64,000 nucleotides of DNA. Origin: Octopus sinensis (lineage: Eukaryota). The notes under the pieces were generated by a model that searched no databases, was not told the origin of the DNA, and was given only the letters and a program-made list of their open reading frames with translations. Positions 58,748 to 64,000 of the stretch are shown here, piece after piece (position 1 is the first letter of the stretch; the number at the start of each line of letters is the position of its first letter). The stretch lies in assembly GCF_006345805.1 (NCBI RefSeq), contig NC_042998.1, forward strand, positions 68,076,001 through 68,140,000, written 5' to 3'. Position numbers and translations under genes: made by a program.

Positions 58748-58960
58748 TGAGTCAACTGGTTTACCTGATAATGTTAAGGTGCGCCAATGGAATCGTAAAT
58801 GTAAGGTGTAAGTCAAAAGTGTTTATTTTGTTATGTAATATTGAGTCAACATATTTTTACCTTATAATATGACATGTCAGTAAACAGAACCTTAAATATG
58901 CGTGTCAAAAATCGTATAATGCAATGCGTGAGTCAAACTTTAATTGTTATATATGAGTCA
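58748..58960. promoter_or_regulatory. Cluster of four AP-1 consensus sites (TGAGTCA), candidate intronic enhancer
   Basis: TGAGTCA at 58748, 58842, 58929 and 58954, plus near-match TAAGTCA at 58809. Function is untested. Confidence 0.3.
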
Positions 58961-59373
58961 AAATATACGTGAAAGTGAACAGATTTTATTGTATAATGTA
59001 ATATGTAAGCCACCCTTTTTTATCTTCAAATGTGGAACTTAACTATGTTTCCAAGACATTTAAGAGGCGTGAGCTTATATTCCACCGCCCCGGGGTGCGA
59101 CGCCGGTCCGTCGTAGGGCTGACTTCCCAGATATTTTTGGAACCCATTTGCAGCTGAATGGACTGGGGCAGAAGTGAAATGAAATATTTTGCTCAAGAAC
59201 ACAATGCAACGCCCGATCTGGGATTCGAAACCACCATCTTCTGGTTGTGAGCGAAAAACTCTAACTCTTAAGGTACGCGCCTTCGGAATCAAATAGAGCT
59301 ATGTTCAGAGACGTTACAGCCATGACAATCCTGTCTTTTAGTTTCCTCGGTACTACATTATCCGATATATTTC

Positions 59374-59424
<51 letters not shown>

Positions 59425-60056
59425 GTTGTGTTGTTGTTGTTGTTGTTGTTATTATTATTATTATCATTATTATTATCATTATCATTATTGAGTGAGAGAG
59501 CAGTGCATGCCATCAAAGTGACACTGGGGTAAAATATACGAAGCCCAATATACCCATCATGACTAACCGTCTGATAAGAGTGCACCAGGCACATGCATCA
59601 CAACCATATGTGCGCAACATGGTGATCTCATATCAAGATAAACAGCACATGATCTTGCAGGTGGAGCCCAGTTAGAATTTTCTTCTGATCGAGCAACCCA
59701 TCCCGCTCAAAAGATCCCTGAATAAGAGTTGTTTAAGGATGTTGAACGAAACACTCATGTTTCCAAAGGTGAATTATCCAAACCCCAAAGAATTCCTCTC
59801 AATACATTGCTATAATGCTCCCCCACTACTTCTGCTCGTGATCAGAGATGGACATATCTTCAGTCATTAAGGGACATGCTCAACTGGGTATGGTCAAACA
59901 ACTGACAAACAAATCTGTGGTATTGGGCAGAATATTTGCTGCAGCCCATCTTTTATACCAAGACAAAACAATGTACATAACACTTCCTATCAGTTAAGAT
60001 CACAAGTCATGAGAGCCACTGTCTGGTACTGCATCAGGGCATTTATTATTATTATT

Positions 60057-60414
60057 TTATGTTTGACTTTTGCTTTACATTTGAACAATTTGGCTCCAAG
60101 TCTCACCCAAAGACCTCAAGACACAAAAAGTTGGAAATTCATAGGGTGTCATATATTTGGTTTTGTACATGGTGTTGTTCTAGAAAATTTTTAAGAAAGC
60201 ATAAGAAAATTATGTTTGTTTTAAAATTTGAGATTACATAGAAAGTATTTTACGTAGGATATAGGCAGTTCCCATGAGCACTATCTTTTAGATTTCTGCC
60301 ATTTTGGGGTTTCCTGGTATCTCAGCTAGGTACCAATCAGCCCCTTTTGCTATCATTCCCAGGGCACCTATGACAACAGGTATTGCTTTAGCCTTCAGGT
60401 TCCACATTTTGCTA

Positions 60415-60418
<4 letters not shown>
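60057..60418 (-). mobile_element. R4/Dong-clade LINE 3' end (subfamily B) between (TAA)n tracts
   Basis: Reverse complement of the 38330-38756 region: ISKMWNLKAKAIPVVIGALGMIAKG... plus the same 3' UTR ending agtcaaacata.aataataa. Confidence 0.85.
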
Positions 60419-60486
<68 letters not shown>

Positions 60487-62524
60487 TTATTTTTTCTTCT
60501 TTCAAATTTTCTTCCATTTCTTGCCGAGTGTCTTCCCGACTCCTAGGGCAAAGAAACTCATAGTGTATATTGGTAGGCCATTAAACCAAACTCAGTAGTT
60601 CGTTCATTTTTTTTTTTTTTTTTTAAAGTTAAATTAAAATACATGAGCAGCAACAGTTCTCACATCGACAATGCTCTTCTCAATACGTGTGATGTACCAG
60701 TTAAGACAATCTTTTGCACTTCTTGCAGGGATGGTAAGCCAGGGATCATTCTCATATAATTTTCGGTTCCCTTCTTGATCATTCCTAGTGCTCCTACGAT
60801 CACTGGTATTGTAACCGCCTTGAGATGCCACATTTTCTCAATTTCAATGAGTAGGTCTTTATATTTTCTGAGCTTGTCCAACTCTTTCGCTGAGATATTA
60901 TGATCACAGGGGATGCTCATGTCGATCAATAAGCAAACTTTATTGTTTTGGTCTTTCACAACAATATCTGGTTTATTGGCCTTGATGGTTCGGTCTGTAT
61001 GTACTGGAAAGTCCCACAGAATGGTTACATTTTCTCCTTCAGTTACAGCCTCAGGGTGGTGATTATACCACTTGTCGGCAGTTTTGATATTGAAATGCCG
61101 ACTTATTAGCCAGTGGAGATATTGGCCAACTCTGTCATGTCTTAATTTATACTCCACTGGTGCTAAGACTTTACATCCAGAGATTAGGTGGTCCACTGTT
61201 TCAATCATGTCGTTGCAGAATCGGCATTTTGGGTCTGCTCCATTTTTCATCACATTGGCCTGGTAGTTCCGGGTTGATAGGCTTTGGTCTTGAGCAGCCA
61301 GGATGAAACCTTCGCTCTCTGCTTTTAGCCCTGAGCTCCGCAGCCACTGATGGGTTTGCTTCTGGTCAACATCAGCTTGTTTGCTGCGGGTCACATATTT
61401 GCCGTGCAGAGGTTTCTCCTCCCACCTATCAGCCAATTGCTCGTGCGCTTTTTTCATTGCCATCATTTTCACCTTCTTTGCAACAATAGTTGCCGTACTT
61501 CCCTCGGGTTGTGCAGTTTGGGTATCCTGCACGAGATCAATAGCAAATCTTTTGCTTTCCTTGATGATAGAATGAAGCTTCTTTCGTCTCTCGTGATTTT
61601 CCACGAGCTTTAGCATCCAGTCATTCGATATTTCGAGATATTTGGCCAGTCCAATTGTGATTGTTTTGTAAGCTAGTTCAAATTGGATCAGGCCTCGACC
61701 TCCTTGGGCTCTGGGAAGGTAAAGGCGGTCTACGTCTGCCTTTGGGTGGTGCATCCTATTACAACTCAGCAGCTTGCGTATTTTTCTATCTATATTCTTT
61801 ACTTCACTCATATTCCAGTTCAACACATTGTAGCTATAAGTAACAACTGGAACTGCTAGGGAATTTATAGCTAACACCTTGTTACGTGCATTTAGTTCAG
61901 ATTTCAGGACTGCACGAACTCTCCTATAACATTCCTTCCTGATTTTCTCTTTCATGCTTGCATGCTGAATACCAGAGCCTTCATTTATCCCTAAATATTT
62001 GTATGTTTGTTCTTGCTCAAGCTCTCTTATGACTGTGTCAACATCTAACACGACTGAATTTGTGGTCTTCACTTTCCCTTTCTGGAAAGTGGCCTTGGCA
62101 CACTTCTCAAGTCCAAACTCCATCCCGATGTCATCGCTGAATGATTTCACGGTGCGCAATAGGCCTTCAAGTTCATTATTGTCTTTACCATAAAGTTTTA
62201 AGTCATCCATATAAAATAGATGGCTTATTTTTTTATTGGCAATTTTATACCCATACCCTGTTCTGTTTAATTCACTTGTAAGGGGTATTAGGGCTATGCA
62301 GAATATTAAAGGTGAAAGTGAGTCACCTTGAAAAATTCCACAGTTGATGTTTATATTTTCTGAGGCAAGTACTCCATTAGAGTGGTATAATTGGAGATTC
62401 GTATTCCACAACGACATATTGTGCTTCAGGAAGTTTGAAATCACAGGGGAAATTTTGAAGATGTCCAGCGATCTCAAGATCCATGGATGCGGTATACTGT
62501 CGAAGGCCTTTTTATAGTCAATCC
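60487..62524 (-). mobile_element. R4/Dong-clade LINE (subfamily A), 5' truncated inside RT, young, flanked by (TAA)n
   Basis: Uninterrupted frame 62524-60660: IDYKKAFDSIPH.WI, GIFQGDSLSPL, YMDD, YKYLG, zinc knuckle C-RFC...H...C, and RLE KPDIV...IDMSIP...KYKDL. The 3' UTR ends gaaaaaataag(taa)n. Confidence 0.95.
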
Positions 62525-63451
62525 TTATTATTATTATTATTATTATTTATATTATTATTATTATTATCATTTATATTATTATTATTATTATTGCGTTTTT
62601 GCTTTTTTGGGGGGATGATGACTTCAGCGAAAGTTAGATGCCACTTCTATCATTCCAAGAGCTCAAGCAGAGATTTCTTCATTGGAGTTATAGTTGTTGT
62701 TGTTCTTGTTTGTTATTATTATCAAGGCAGCGAGCTGGCAGAATCGTTAGCACGCCGGTCAAAATGCTTAGCAGCATTTCGTCTGCCTTTACGTTCTGAG
62801 TTTAAATTCCACCGAGGTCTACTTTGCTTTTCATCATTTCGGGGTCGATAAAATATGTATCAATTAAACACTGGCGTCAATGTAACCGACTTAACTTCTC
62901 CCACGAAATTACTGCCATTGTGTCAAAATTTGAAAACATTACTAATTATTATTTTTATTATTACTATTATTATTATTATTATTATTATCATCATCATCGC
63001 CTTTGCACAGCCTCTAACGCTGGAGGTGTTAGCTGTTCACTACCAGTGAACTCAGGTAACACATATTTTCCAAGCGCCTTTCGGAGTATTCGAGCGCTTC
63101 CAAGCAGTGCTGTTTTCTTATTTTTTACTGCCCACAAGGGGTTAAACACAGAGGGGACAAACAAGGACAGACAAACGGATTAAGTCGATTATATCGACCC
63201 CACTGTTACATATTTAATCGACCCCGAAAGGATGAAAGGCTAAGTCGGCCTCTGTGGGATTTGAACTCAGAAGGTAACGGCAGACGAAATACTGCTAAGC
63301 ATTTCGCCCGGCGTACTAACGATTCTGCTAGTTCTTGTTTTCTGCAAATGCTCCACCCTTATTGCAGCCCCTATACTGTTCTCAGGGCATTTTTTTTTAG
63401 TTATAGTTGTTGTTGTTATCAAGGCGGCGAACTGGCAGAATCGTTAACACG

Positions 63452-63527
<76 letters not shown>

Positions 63528-63959
63528 AAGTTTTCTCCATTTTCTCTCTAATTTATTTGGATTTCCTCTTTTTGATTAATTAGCTCCCATTATGTGGGCA
63601 AAACAACATGAAGACTAATAACTAATAACGAGATGCTGCTATAAAACAACTAATTAAAGAACAACAACAAAAATAAAATGAAAAAACAATCTAAACTAAT
63701 ATGTCTGCCTCATAGAAAAATGAATTATAGAAAATATTCTAACTTGGAAAATTCTCCCTGTTTGCTTTGTGTTTATTTTTAGTCTTTTGTTTCGCGTTAC
63801 GGCTTCGTAACGAGAAAGAGAGAGGCGGATATTCTGTGGCTGTTATTATATCAAAAGAGCGAAATTGCTATTAATCACTTATATAATAAATCGCTTTTGT
63901 TACTTTTTTATTAATGTAACATATTGATGATGGTAATAATAATAACAATAATAATAATG

Positions 63960-63990
<31 letters not shown>

Positions 63991-64000
63991 TAATAATAAT

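Noticed and set aside
63795-63812. 7-bp GC-containing hairpin cgttacg-gctt-cgtaacg
   Set aside because: An isolated short stem with no associated element termini.

Overview
Eukaryotic, AT-rich, repeat-dense genomic DNA, most likely from a coleoid cephalopod (Octopus-like). The taxon is inferred from the SINE and microsatellite landscape, not proven. The only host gene I can support is an NMDA-type glutamate receptor GluN2/Nmdar2-like gene on the + strand. Two coding exons are visible: 884-1073 (S1 ligand-binding segment) and 33881-34006 (pre-M1/M1). They are separated by a 32.8 kb intron, and I could not find the next exon in the remaining 30 kb. The rest is intronic and contains three tRNA-derived SINE families, a ~560 bp TAA-embedded repeat, and four R4/Dong-clade LINE pieces in (TAA)n (one with an uninterrupted ~620-codon frame). 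It also holds an internally deleted HERO-like LINE, a Penelope-like (GIY-YIG) cluster, hAT, Tc1-mariner, piggyBac and Helitron-like non-autonomous elements, fold-back elements and many microsatellites. Almost all ORFs in the supplied track are microsatellite artefacts. Five observations stand out. (1) Six dispersed minimal hammerhead-ribozyme-like motifs from at least three repeat families, all on the pre-mRNA sense strand and all with a core substitution. (2) A tandem array whose ~125-150 bp unit carries hammerhead core boxes. (3) A TSD-flanked 1.46 kb single-ORF retro-insert inside a SINE head. (4) Trains of retroelements chained through (TAA)n. (5) A cluster of AP-1 sites. I found no evidence of a novel protein-coding system, and all novelty claims need database checks.
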